In this document: piece by piece, positions 52,949 to 64,000 of the stretch
Layout: each line of letters starts with the position of its first letter
How positions within the stretch are numbered: position 1 is the first letter of the stretch
Origin: Eledone cirrhosa
Taxonomy: Eukaryota
Assembly: GCA_964016885.1 (NCBI GenBank)
Contig: OZ024743.1
Coordinates: forward strand, 93,062,001-93,126,000
DNA: 64,000 nucleotides
Direction: 5' to 3'
Program-made: the position numbers and the translations under genes
Notes under the pieces: model-generated
Database searches by the model: none
What the model saw: only the letters and a program-made list of their open reading frames with translations
Told to the model about the DNA's origin: nothing

Positions 52949-53706
52949 TTTAATTTTTTTTTTTTTTTTTTTTTTCATTAATATCTTTACAGAGCTATTT
53001 ATTTTTTTTAGTTCGGTGACCGCTTCGGAAACCGAGCTGCTCTATACATTTCCATTTTTCATTCTTTTAGTTTCTTTCTTTTGCAAGCTTCTCTCGCCAA
53101 TGTATGTTAGTTTCAAAATAATTAGGCACGCAAACTTTTTCCTTTCTTTCAACCCTACCCTTCGCATACACACCACTGCAAACGTCTTAAAAGCTACCGA
53201 CTGCAAAATCAGAGTTTCTTGATAATTTCAGATATTTCAAACTTTTATTCCGTTCGCCTTCCGAAGTAGTGAGCCTGCTATATACTCTAGAAAATATTTA
53301 TTGAACAGAGATTTGGCTGCTTTTTCTAGCAGGTAAAATTAGCACATTTCTTTAGAGCCGTTCGAATCGAACATTATCCACATCTGTAATAATTAATTCG
53401 GAATGGGTATCGTAGCTATTTATTTGGCCAAGTTATATAAACAAAAAGACAACATAAGTTTTAAAGACAGCGATATCGACAGCTATGCGACACTCTCGTA
53501 GTTAATAACGTGTGTTAATTTAAAAGTTAGATGAGATTTATGTAAAATTTTATTAAGCAACCTAAATTGCTTGAAAATACTGTGTTATACGGTTGAAAGT
53601 AAGAAAAATGTTTAATAGAAAATTAAAATATAAAAATTATCGTAAAAGAAAGGTGTTTAGTGAGTTGTTTTATACAATAAAACTATTAAATTCAGCATAA
53701 GCTTTC

Positions 53707-53825
53707 GTTTACGGCCATATCACGCTGACAACACCGGTTCTCGTCCGATCACCGAAGTTAAGCAACGTCGAGCCTAGTTAGTACTTGGATGGGTGACCGC
53801 CTGGGAACCCTAGGTGCCGTAAGCG
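53707..53825 (+). rRNA. 5S rRNA: 5S rRNA copy 62
   Basis: Matches array consensus. Confidence 0.97.
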
Positions 53826-54582
53826 TTTAATTTTTTTATTTTTTTTTTTTTCATTAATATCTTTACAGAGCTATTTATTTTTTTTAGTTCGGTGACCGCT
53901 TCGGAAACCGAGCTGCTCTATACATTTCCATTTTTCATTCTTTTAGTTTCTTTCTTTTGCAAGCTTCTCTCGCCAATGTATGTTAGTTTCAAAATAATTA
54001 GGCACGCAAACTTTTTCCTTTCTTTCAACCCTACCCTTCGCATACACACCACTGCAAACGTCTTAAAAGCTACCGACTGCAAAATCAGAGTTTCTTGATA
54101 ATTTCAGATATTTCAAACTTTTATTCCGTTCGCCTTCCGAAGTAGTGAGCCTGCTATATACTCTAGAAAATATTTATTGAACAGAGATTTGGCTGCTTTT
54201 TCTAGCAGGTAAAATTAGCACATTTCTTTAGAGCCGTTCGAATCGAACATTATCCACATCTGTAATAATTAATTCGGAATGGGTATCGTAGCTAGTTATT
54301 TGGCCAAGTTATATAAACAAAAAGACAACATAAGTTTTAAAGACAGCGATATCGACAGCTATGCGACACTCTCGTAGTTAATAACGTGTGTTAATTTAAA
54401 AGTTAGATGAGATTTATGTAAAATTTTATTAAGCAACCTAAATTGCTTGAAAATACTGTGTTATACGGTTGAAAGTAAGAAAAATGTTTAATAGAAAATT
54501 AGAATATAAAAATTATCGTAAAAGAAAGGTGTTTAGTGAGTTGTTTTATACAATAAAACTATTAAATTCAGTATAAGCTTTC

Positions 54583-54701
54583 GTTTACGGCCATATCACG
54601 CTGACAACACCGGTTCTCGTCCGATCACCGAAGTTAAGCAACGTCGAGCCTAGTTAGTACTTGGATGGGTGACCGCCTGGGAACCCTAGGTGCCGTAAGC
54701 G
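54583..54701 (+). rRNA. 5S rRNA: 5S rRNA copy 63
   Basis: Matches array consensus. Confidence 0.97.
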
Positions 54702-55462
54702 TTTAATTTTTTTTTTTTTTTTTTTTTTTTTTCATTAATATCTTTACAGAGCTATTTATTTTTTTAGTTCGGTGACCGCTTAGGAAACCGAGCTGCTGTA
54801 TACATTTCCATTTTTCTTTCTTTTAGTTTCTTTCTTTTGCAAGCTTCTCTCGCCAATGTCTGTTAGTTTCAAAATAATTAGGCACGCAAACTTTTTCCTT
54901 TCTTTCAACCCTACCCTTCGCATACACACCACTGCAAACGTCTTAAAAGCTACCGACTGCAAAAACAGAGTTTCTTGATAATTTCAGATATTTCAAACTT
55001 TTATTCCGTTCGCCTTCCGAAGTAGTGAGCCTGCTATATACTCTAGAAAATATTTATTGAACAGAGATTTGGCTGCTTTTTCTAGCAGGTAAAATTAGCA
55101 CATTTCTTTAGAGCCGTTCGAATCGAACATTATCCACATCTGTAATAATTAATTCGGAATGGGTATCGTAGCTAGTTATTTGGCCAAGTTATATAAACAA
55201 AAAGACAACATAAGTTTTAAAGACAGCGATATCGACAGCTATGCGACACTCTCGTAGTTAATAACGTGTGTTAATTTAAAAGTTAGATGAGATTTATTTA
55301 AAATTTTATTAAGCAACCTAAATTGCTTGAAAATACTGTGTTATACGGTTGAAAGTAAGAAAAATGTTTAATAGAAAATTAAAATATAAAAATTATCGTA
55401 AAAGAAAGGTGTTTAGTGAGTTGTTTTATACAATAAAACTATTAAATTCAGCATAAGCTTTC

Positions 55463-55581
55463 GTTTACGGCCATATCACGCTGACAACACCGGTTCTCGT
55501 CCGATCACCGAAGTTAAGCAACGTCGAGCCTAGTTAGTACTTGGATGGGTGACCGCCTGGGAACCCTAGGTGCCGTAAGCG
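55463..55581 (+). rRNA. 5S rRNA: 5S rRNA copy 64
   Basis: Matches array consensus. Confidence 0.97.
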
Positions 55582-56320
55582 TTTAATTTTTTTTTTTTTT
55601 TTTCATTAATATCTTTACAGAGCTATTTATTTTTTTTAGTTCGGTGACCGCTTAGGAAACCGAGCTGCTCTATACATTTCCATTTTTCTTTCTTTTGCAA
55701 GCTTCTCTCGCCAATGTCTGTTAGTTTCAAAATAATTAGGCACGCAAACTTTTTCCTTTCTTTCAACCCTACCCTTCGCATACACACCACTGCAAACGTC
55801 TTAAAAGCTACCGACTGCAAAAACAGAGTTTCTTGATAATTTCAGATATTTCAAACTTTTATTCCGTTCGCCTTCCGAAGTAGTGAGCCTGCTATATACT
55901 CTAGAAAATATTTATTGAACAGAGATTTGGCTGCTTTTTCTAGCAGGTAAAATTAGCACATTTCTTTAGAGCCGTTCGAATCGAACATTATCCACATCTG
56001 TAATAATTAATTCGGAATGGGTATCGTAGCTAGTTATTTGGCCAAGTTATATAAACAAAAAGACAACATAAGTTTTAAAGACAGCGATATCGACAGCTAT
56101 GCGACACTCTCGTAGTTAATAACGTGTGTTAATTTAAAAGTTAGATGAGATTTATTTAAAATTTTATTAAGCAACCTAAATTGCTTGAAAATACTGTGTT
56201 ATACGGTTGAAAGTAAGAAAAATGTTTAATAGAAAATTAAAATATAAAAATTATCGTAAAAGAAAGGTGTTTAGTGAGTTGTTTTATACAATAAAACTAT
56301 TAAATTCAGCATAAGCTTTC

Positions 56321-56439
56321 GTTTACGGCCATATCACGCTGACAACACCGGTTCTCGTCCGATCACCGAAGTTAAGCAACGTCGAGCCTAGTTAGTACTT
56401 GGATGGGTGACCGCCTGGGAACCCTAGGTGCCGTAAGCG
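56321..56439 (+). rRNA. 5S rRNA: 5S rRNA copy 65
   Basis: Matches array consensus. Confidence 0.97.
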
Positions 56440-57178
56440 TTTAATTTTTTTTTTTTTTTTTCATTAATATCTTTACAGAGCTATTTATTTTTTTTAGTTC
56501 GGTGACCGCTTAGGAAACCGAGCTGCTCTATACATTTCCATTTTTCTTTCTTTTGCAAGCTTCTCTCGCCAATGTCTGTTAGTTTCAAAATAATTAGGCA
56601 CGCAAACTTTTTCCTTTCTTTCAACCCTACCCTTCGCATACACACCACTGCAAACGTCTTAAAAGCTACCGACTGCAAAAACAGAGTTTCTTGATAATTT
56701 CAGATATTTCAAACTTTTATTCCGTTCGCCTTCCGAAGTAGTGAGCCTGCTATATACTCTAGAAAATATTTATTGAACAGAGATTTGGCTGCTTTTTCTA
56801 GCAGGTAAAATTAGCACATTTCTTTAGAGCCGTTCGAATCGAACATTATCCACATCTGTAATAATTAATTCGGAATGGGTATCGTAGCTAGTTATTTGGC
56901 CAAGTTATATAAACAAAAAGACAACATAAGTTTTAAAGACAGCGATATCGACAGCTATGCGACACTCTCGTAGTTAATAACGTGTGTTAATTTAAAAGTT
57001 AGATGAGATTTATTTAAAATTTTATTAAGCAACCTAAATTGCTTGAAAATACTGTGTTATACGGTTGAAAGTAAGAAAAATGTTTAATAGAAAATTAAAA
57101 TATAAAAATTATCGTAAAAGAAAGGTGTTTAGTGAGTTGTTTCATACAATAAAACTATTAAATTCAGCATAAGCTTTC

Positions 57179-57297
57179 GTTTACGGCCATATCACGCTGA
57201 CAACACCGGTTCTCGTCCGATCACCGAAGTTAAGCAACGTCGAGCCTAGTTAGTACTTGGATGGGTGACCGCCTGGGAACCCTAGGTGCCGTAAGCG
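57179..57297 (+). rRNA. 5S rRNA: 5S rRNA copy 66
   Basis: Matches array consensus. Confidence 0.97.
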
Positions 57298-58053
57298 TTT
57301 AATTTTTTTTTTTTTTTTTTTTTCATTAATATCTTTACAGAGCTATTTATTTTTTTAGTTCGGTGACCGCTTAGGAAACCGAGCTGCTGTATACATTTCC
57401 ATTTTTCTTTCTTTTAGTTTCTTTCTTTTGCAAGCTTCTCTCGCCAATGTCTGTTAGTTTCAAAATAATTAGGCACGCAAACTTTTTCCTTTCTTTCAAC
57501 CCTACCCTTCGCATACACACCACTGCAAACGTCTTAAAAGCTACCGACTGCAAAAACAGAGTTTCTTGATAATTTCAGATATTTCAAACTTTTATTCCGT
57601 TCGCCTTCCGAAGTAGTGAGCCTGCTATATACTCTAGAAAATATTTATTGAACAGAGATCTGGCTGCTTTTTCTAGCAGGTAAAATTAGCACATTTCTTT
57701 AGAGCCGTTCGAATCGAACATTATACACATCTGTAATTATTAATTCGGAATGGGTATCGTAGCTAGTTATTTGGCCAAGTTATATAAACAAAAAGACAAC
57801 ATAAGTTTTAAAGACAGCGATATCGACAGCTATGCGACACTCTCGTAGTTAATAACGTGTGTTAATTTAAAAGTTAGATGAGATTTATGTAAAATTTTAT
57901 TAAGCAACCTAAATTGCTTTAAAATACTGTGTTATACGGTTGAAAGTAAGAAAAATGTTTAATAGAAAATTAAAATATAAAAATTATCGTAAAAGAAAGG
58001 TGTTTAGTGAGTTGTTTTATACAATAAAACTATTAAATTCAGCATAAGCTTTC

Positions 58054-58172
58054 GTTTACGGCCATATCACGCTGACAACACCGGTTCTCGTCCGATCACC
58101 GAAGTTAAGCAACGTCGAGCCTAGTTACTACTTGGATGGGTGACCGCCTGGGAACCCTAGGTGCCGTAAGCG
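58054..58172 (+). rRNA. 5S rRNA: 5S rRNA copy 67 (G75C)
   Basis: Array 5S, 1 substitution. Confidence 0.95.
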
Positions 58173-58917
58173 TTTAATTTTTTTTTTTTTTTTTTTTTTT
58201 CATTAATATCTTTACAGAGCTATTTATTTTTTTTAGTTCGGTGACCGCTTAGGAAACCGAGCTGCTCTATACATTTCCATTTTTCTTTCTTTTGCAAGCT
58301 TCTCTCGCCAATGTCTGTTAGTTTCAAAATAATTAGGCACGCAAACTTTTTCCTTTCTTTCAACCCTACCCTTCGCATACACACCACTGCAAACGTCTTA
58401 AAAGCTACCGACTTCAAAAACAGAGTTTCTTGATAATTTCAGATATTTCAAACTTTTATTCCGTTCGCCTTCCGAAGTAGTGAGCCTGCTATATACTCTA
58501 GAAAATATTTATTGAACAGAGATTTGGCTGCTTTTTCTAGCAGGTAAAATTAGCACATTTCTTTAGAGCCGTTCGAATCGAACATTATCCACATCTGTAA
58601 TAATTAATTCGGAATGGGTATCGTAGCTAGTTATTTGGCCAAGTTATATAAACAAAAAGACAACATAAGTTTTAAAGACAGCGATATCGACAGCTATGCG
58701 ACACTCTCGTAGTTAATAACGTGTGTTAATTTAAAAGTTAGATGAGATTTATGTAAAATTTTATTAAGCAACCTAAATTGCTTGAAAATACTGTGTTATA
58801 CGGTTGAAAGTAAGAAAAATGTTTAATAGAAAATTAAAATATAAAAATTATCGTAAAAGAAAGGTGTTTAGTGAGTTGTATTATACAATAAAACTAGTAA
58901 ATTCAGCATAAGCTTTC

Positions 58918-59036
58918 GTTTACGGCCATATCACGCTGACAACACCGGTTCTAGTCCGATCACCGGAGTTAAGCAACGTCGAGCCTAGTTAGTACTTGGA
59001 TGGGTGACCGCCTGGGAACCCTAGGTGCCGTAAGCG
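58918..59036 (+). rRNA. 5S rRNA: 5S rRNA copy 68 (C36A, A49G)
   Basis: Array 5S, 2 substitutions. Confidence 0.93.
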
Positions 59037-59797
59037 TTTAATTTTTTTTTTTTTTTTTTTTTTTTTCATTAATATCTTTACAGAGCTATTTATTTTTTTT
59101 AGTTCGGTGACCGCTTAGGAAACCGACCTGCTCTATACATTTCCATTTTTCTTTCTTTTAGTTTCTTTCTTTTGCAAGCTTCTCTCGCCAATGTATGTTA
59201 GTTTCAAAATAATTAGGCACGCAAACTTTTTCCTTTCTTTCAACCCTACCCTTCGCATACACACCACTGCAAACGTCTTAAAAGCTACCGACTGCAAAAT
59301 CAGAGTTTCTTGATAATTTCAGATATTTCAAACTTTTATTCCGTTCGCCTTCCAAAGTAGTGAGCCTGCTATATACTCTAGAAAATATTTATTGAACAGA
59401 GATTTGGCTGCTTTTTCTAGCAGGTAAAATTAGCACATTTCTTTAGAGCCGTTCGAATCGAACATTATCCACATCTGTAATAATTAATTCGGAATGGGTA
59501 TCGTAGCTAGTTATTTGGCCAAGTTATATAAACAAAAAGACAACATAAGTTTTAAAGACAGCGATATCGACAGCTATGCGACACTCTCGTAGTTAATAAC
59601 GTGTGTTAATTTAAAAGTTAGATGAGATTTATGTAAAATTTTATTAAGCAACCTAAATTGCTTGAAAATACTGTGTTATACGGTTGAAAGTAAGAAAAAT
59701 GTTTAATAGAAAATTAAAATATAAAAATTATCGTAAAAGAAAGGTGTTTAGTGAGTTGTTTTATACAATAAAACTATTAAATTCAGCATAAGCTTTC

Positions 59798-59916
59798 ATT
59801 TACGGCCATATCACGCTGACAACACCGGTTCTCGTCCGATCACCGAAGTTAAGCAACGTCGAGCCTAGTTAGTACTTGGATGGGTGACCGCCTGGGAACC
59901 CTAGGTGCCGTAAGCG
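59798..59916 (+). rRNA. 5S rRNA: 5S rRNA copy 69 (G1A)
   Basis: Array 5S, +1 base changed. Confidence 0.95.
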
Positions 59917-60673
59917 TTTAATTTTTTTTTTTTTTTTTTTTTTCATTAATATCTTTACAGAGCTATTTATTTTTTTAGTTCGGTGACCGCTTAGGAAACC
60001 GAGCTGCTGTATACATTTCCATTTTTCTTTCTTTTAGTTTCTTTCTTTTGCAAGCTTCTCTCGCCAATGTCTGTTAGTTTCAAAATAATTAGGCACGCAA
60101 ACTTTTTCCTTTCTTTCAACCCTACCCTTCGCATACACACCACTGCAAACGTCTTAAAAGCTACCGACTGCAAAAACAGAGTTTCTTGATAATTTCAGAT
60201 ATTTCAAACTTTTATTCCGTTCGCCTTCCGAAGTAGTGAGCCTGCTATATACTCTAGAAAATATTTATTGAACAGAGATTTGGCTGCTTTTTCTAGCAGG
60301 TAAAATTAGCACATTTCTTTAGAGCCGTTCGAATCGAACATTATCCACATCTGTAATAATTAATTCGGAATGGGTATCGTAGCTAGTTATTTGGCCAAGT
60401 TATATAAACAAAAAGACAACATAAGTTTTAAAGACAGCGATATCGACAGCTATGCGACACTCTCGTAGTTAATAACGTGTGTTAATTTAAAAGTTAAATG
60501 AGATTTATGTAAAATTTTATTAAGCAACCTAAATTGCTTGAAAATACTGTGTTATACGGTTGAAAGTAAGAAAAATGTTTAATAGAAAATTAAAATATAA
60601 AAATTATCGTAAAAGAAAGGTGTTTAGTGAGTTGTTTTATACAATAAAACTATTAAATTCAGTATAAGCTTTC

Positions 60674-60792
60674 GTTTACGGCCATATCACGCTGACAACA
60701 CCGGTTCTCGTCCGATCACCGAAGTTAAGCAACGTCGAGCCTAGTTAGTACTTGGATGGGTGACCGCCTGGGAACCCTAGGTGCCGTAAGCG
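60674..60792 (+). rRNA. 5S rRNA: 5S rRNA copy 70
   Basis: Matches array consensus; variant TTTATTTATTTA before T-run. Confidence 0.97.
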
Positions 60793-61557
60793 TTTATTTA
60801 TTTATTTTTTTTTTTTTTTTTTTTTTCATTAATATCTTTACAGAGCTATTTATTGTTTTTAGTTCGGTGACCGCTTAGGAAACCGAGCTGCTCTATACAT
60901 TTCCATTTTTCTTTCTTTTAGTTTCTTTCTTTTGCAAGCTTATCTCGCCAATGTATGTTAGTTTCAAAATAATTAGGCACGCAAACTTTTTCCTTTCTTT
61001 CAACCCTACCCTTCGCATACACACCACTGCAAACGTCTTAAAAGCTACCGACTGCAAAAACAGAGTTTCTTGATAATTTCAGATATTTCAAACTTTTATT
61101 CCGTTCGCCTTCCGAAGTAGTGAGCCTGCTATATACTCTAGAAAATATTTATTGAACAGAGATTTGGCTGCTTTTTCTAGCAGGTAAAATTAGCACATTT
61201 CTTTAGAGCCGTTCGAATCGAACATTATCCACATCTGTAATTATTAATTCGGAATGGGTATCGTAGCTAGTTATTTGGCCAAGTTATATAAACAAAAAGA
61301 CAACATAAGTTTTAAAGACAGCGATATCGACAGCTATGCGACACTCTCGTAGTTAATAACGTGTGTTAATTTAAAAGTTAGATGAGATTTATGTAAAATT
61401 TTATTAAGCAACCTAAATTGCTCTAAAATACTGTGTTATACGGTTGAAAGTAAGAAAAATGTTTAATAGAAAATTAAAATATAAAAATTATCGTAAAAGA
61501 AAGGTGTTTAGTGAGTTGTTTTATACAATAAAACTATTAAATTCAGCATAAGCTTTC

Positions 61558-61676
61558 GTTTACGGCCATATCACGCTGACAACACCGGTTCTCGTCCAAT
61601 CACCGAAGTTAAGCAACGTCGAGCCTAGTTAGTACTTGGATGGGTGACCGCCTGGGAACCCTAGGTGCCGTAAGCG
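61558..61676 (+). rRNA. 5S rRNA: 5S rRNA copy 71 (G41A)
   Basis: Array 5S, 1 substitution. Confidence 0.95.
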
Positions 61677-62424
61677 TTTAATTTTTTTTTTTTTTTTTTT
61701 TTTTTTTCATTAATATCTTTACAGAGCTATTTATTTTTTTTAGTTCGGTGACCGCTTAGGAAACCGAGCTGCTCTATACATTTCCATTTTTCTTTCTTTT
61801 GCAAGCTTCTCTCGCCAATGTCTGTTAGTTTCAAAATAATTAGGCACGCAAACTTTTTCCTTTCTTTCAACCCTACCCTTCGCATACACACCACTGCAAA
61901 CGTCTTAAAAGCTACCGACTGCAAAAACAGAGTTTCTTGATAATTTCAGATATTTCAAACTTTTATTCCGTTCGCCTTCCGAAGTAGTGAGCCTGCTATA
62001 TACTCTAGAAAATATTTATTGAACAGAGATTTGGCTGCTTTTTCTAGCAGGTAAAATTAGCACATTTCTTTAGAGCCGTTGGAATCGAACATTATCCACA
62101 TCTGTAATTATTAATTCGGAATGGGTATCGTAGCTAGTTATTTGGCCAAGTTATATAAACAAAAAGACAACATAAGTTTTAAAGACAGCGATATCGACAG
62201 CTATGCGACACTCTCGTAGTTAATAACGTGTGTTAATTTAAAAGTTAGATGAGATTTATGTAAAATTTTATTAAGCAACCTAAATTGCTTGAAAATACTG
62301 TGTTATACGGTTGAAAGTAAGAAAAATGTTTAATAGAAAATTAAAATATAAAAATTATCGTAAAAGAAAGGTGTTTAGTGAGTTGTTTTATACAATAAAA
62401 CTATTAAATTCACCATAAGCTTTC

Positions 62425-62543
62425 GTTTACGGCCATATCACGCTGACAACACCGGTTCTCGTCCGATCACCGAAGTTAAGCAACGTCGAGCCTAGTTAGT
62501 ACTTGGATGGGTGACCGCCTGGGAACCCTAGGTGCCGTAAGCG
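62425..62543 (+). rRNA. 5S rRNA: 5S rRNA copy 72
   Basis: Matches array consensus. Confidence 0.97.
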
Positions 62544-63297
62544 TTTACTTTTTTTTTTTTTTTTTTCATTAATATCTTTACAGAGCTATTTATTTTTTTT
62601 AGATCGGTGACCGCTTAGGAAACCGAGCTGCTCTATACATTTCCATTTATCTTTCTTTTAGTTTCTTTCTTTTGCAAGCTTCTCTCGCCAATGTATGTTA
62701 GTTTCAAAATAATTAGGCACGCAAACTTTTTCCTTTCTTTCAACCCTACCCTTCGCATACACACCACTGCAAACGTCTTAAAAGCTACCGACTGCAAAAA
62801 CAGAGTTTCTTGATAATTTCAGATATTTCAAACTTTTATTCCGTTCGCCTTCCGAAGTAGTGAGCCTGCTATATACTCTAGAAAATATTTATTGAACAGA
62901 GATTTGGCTGCTTTTTCTAGCAGGTAAAATTAGCACATTTCTTTAGAGCCGTTCGAATCGAACATTATCCACATCTGTAATAATTAATTCGGAATGGGTA
63001 TCGTAGCTAGTTATTTGGCCAAGTTATATAAACAAAAAGACAACATAAGTTTTAAAGACAGCGATATCGACAGCTATGCGACACTCTCGTAGTTAATAAC
63101 GTGTGTTAATTTAAAAGTTAGATGAGATTTATTTAAAATTTTATTAAGCAACCTAAATTGCTTGAAAATACTGTGTTATACGGTTGAAAGTAAGAAAAAT
63201 GTTTAATAGAAAATTAAAATATAAAAATTATCGTAAAAGAAAGGTGTTTAGTGAGTTGTTTCATACAATAAAACTATTAAATTCAGCATAAGCTTTC

Positions 63298-63416
63298 GTT
63301 TACGGCCATATCACGCTGACAACACCGGTTCTCGTCCGATCACCGAAGTTAAGCAACGTCGAGCCTAGTTAGTACTTGGATGGGTGACCGCCTGGGAACC
63401 CTAGGTGCCGTAAGCG
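63298..63416 (+). rRNA. 5S rRNA: 5S rRNA copy 73
   Basis: Matches array consensus. Confidence 0.97.
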
Positions 63417-64000
63417 TTTAATTTTTTTTTTTTTTTTTTTTTTCATTAATATCTTTACAGAGCTATTTATTTTTTTAGTTCGGTGACCGCTTAGGAAACC
63501 GAGCTGCTGTATACATTTCCATTTTTCTTTCTTTTAGTTTCTTTCTTTTGCAAGCTTCTCTCGCCAATGTCTGTTAGTTTCAAAATAATTAGGCACGCAA
63601 ACTTTTTCCTTTCTTTCAACCCTACCCTTCGCATACACACCACTGCAAACGTCTTAAAAGCTACCGACTGCAAAAACAGAGTTTCTTGATAATTTCAGAT
63701 ATTTCAAACTTTTATTCCGTTCGCCTTCCGAAGTAGTGAGCCTGCTATATACTCTAGAAAATATTTATTGAACAGAGATCTGGCTGCTTTTTCTAGCAGG
63801 TAAAATTAGCACATTTCTTTAGAGCCGTTCGAATCGAACATTATACACATCTGTAATTATTAATTCGGAATGGGTATCGTAGCTAGTTATTTGGCCAAGT
63901 TATATAAACAAAAAGACAACATAAGTTTTAAAGACAGCGATATCGACAGCTATGCGACACTCTCGTAGTTAATAACGTGTGTTAATTTAAAAGTTAGATG

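Larger units (their letters stand above)
1..64000 (+). repeat. Tandem 5S rDNA array, ~871-bp unit (854-896 bp), 73 genes, continues past both window ends
   Basis: Near-identical unit recurs head-to-tail throughout; 5S starts from 567 to 63298 (62731 bp / 72 intervals = 871); no inversion, insertion or foreign sequence seen. Confidence 0.99.

Noticed and set aside
20897-63673. All 60-68 aa ORFs in the track (MTASET..., MQSVAF..., MAREAC...)
   Set aside because: They start at GTG/TTG, are low-complexity (K/F-rich from T-tracts), lie in the spacer or antisense to 5S, and appear or vanish with single SNPs or the 14-bp deletion; no recognisable domain
1-64000. CRISPR array, prokaryotic rrn locus or protein-coding satellite
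   Set aside because: Spacers are near-identical rather than unique; the gene has a eukaryotic Pol III ICR and poly-T terminators; no 16S/23S or cas genes
1-64000. Inserted 5S-targeting transposon, histone genes or inverted units
   Set aside because: All 72 inter-gene intervals are 854-896 bp with all genes on +; there is no room for an insertion

Overview
The whole 64-kb window is one uninterrupted, head-to-tail tandem array of eukaryotic (metazoan-type) 5S rRNA genes on the + strand. I counted 73 full-length ~119-nt 5S genes (first at 567, last at 63298). The repeat unit is 854-896 bp (mean ~871), and the array runs off both window ends. Each unit consists of: a 5S gene with Pol III type-1 internal control region (box A, IE, box C); TTTAA plus a T13-T42 terminator; and an AT-rich ~740-bp non-transcribed spacer (NTS). 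From memory the 5S sequence looks molluscan, possibly cephalopod; this is inference, not a search result. No protein-coding gene is supported: all listed ORFs are artefacts of the repeat. The points of interest are internal to the array: (1) a degenerate copy of the 5S 3' third embedded in every spacer, overlapping a hairpin; (2) a palindromic B-box-like motif in the spacer; (3) 2-, 3- and 4-unit higher-order repeats; (4) a 14-bp spacer deletion confined to the right part of the array; (5) about 29 of 73 genes with coding variants, including a likely defective subfamily; (6) a C/T polymorphism at -11. All counts were made by eye. I found no convincing new biological system beyond these.
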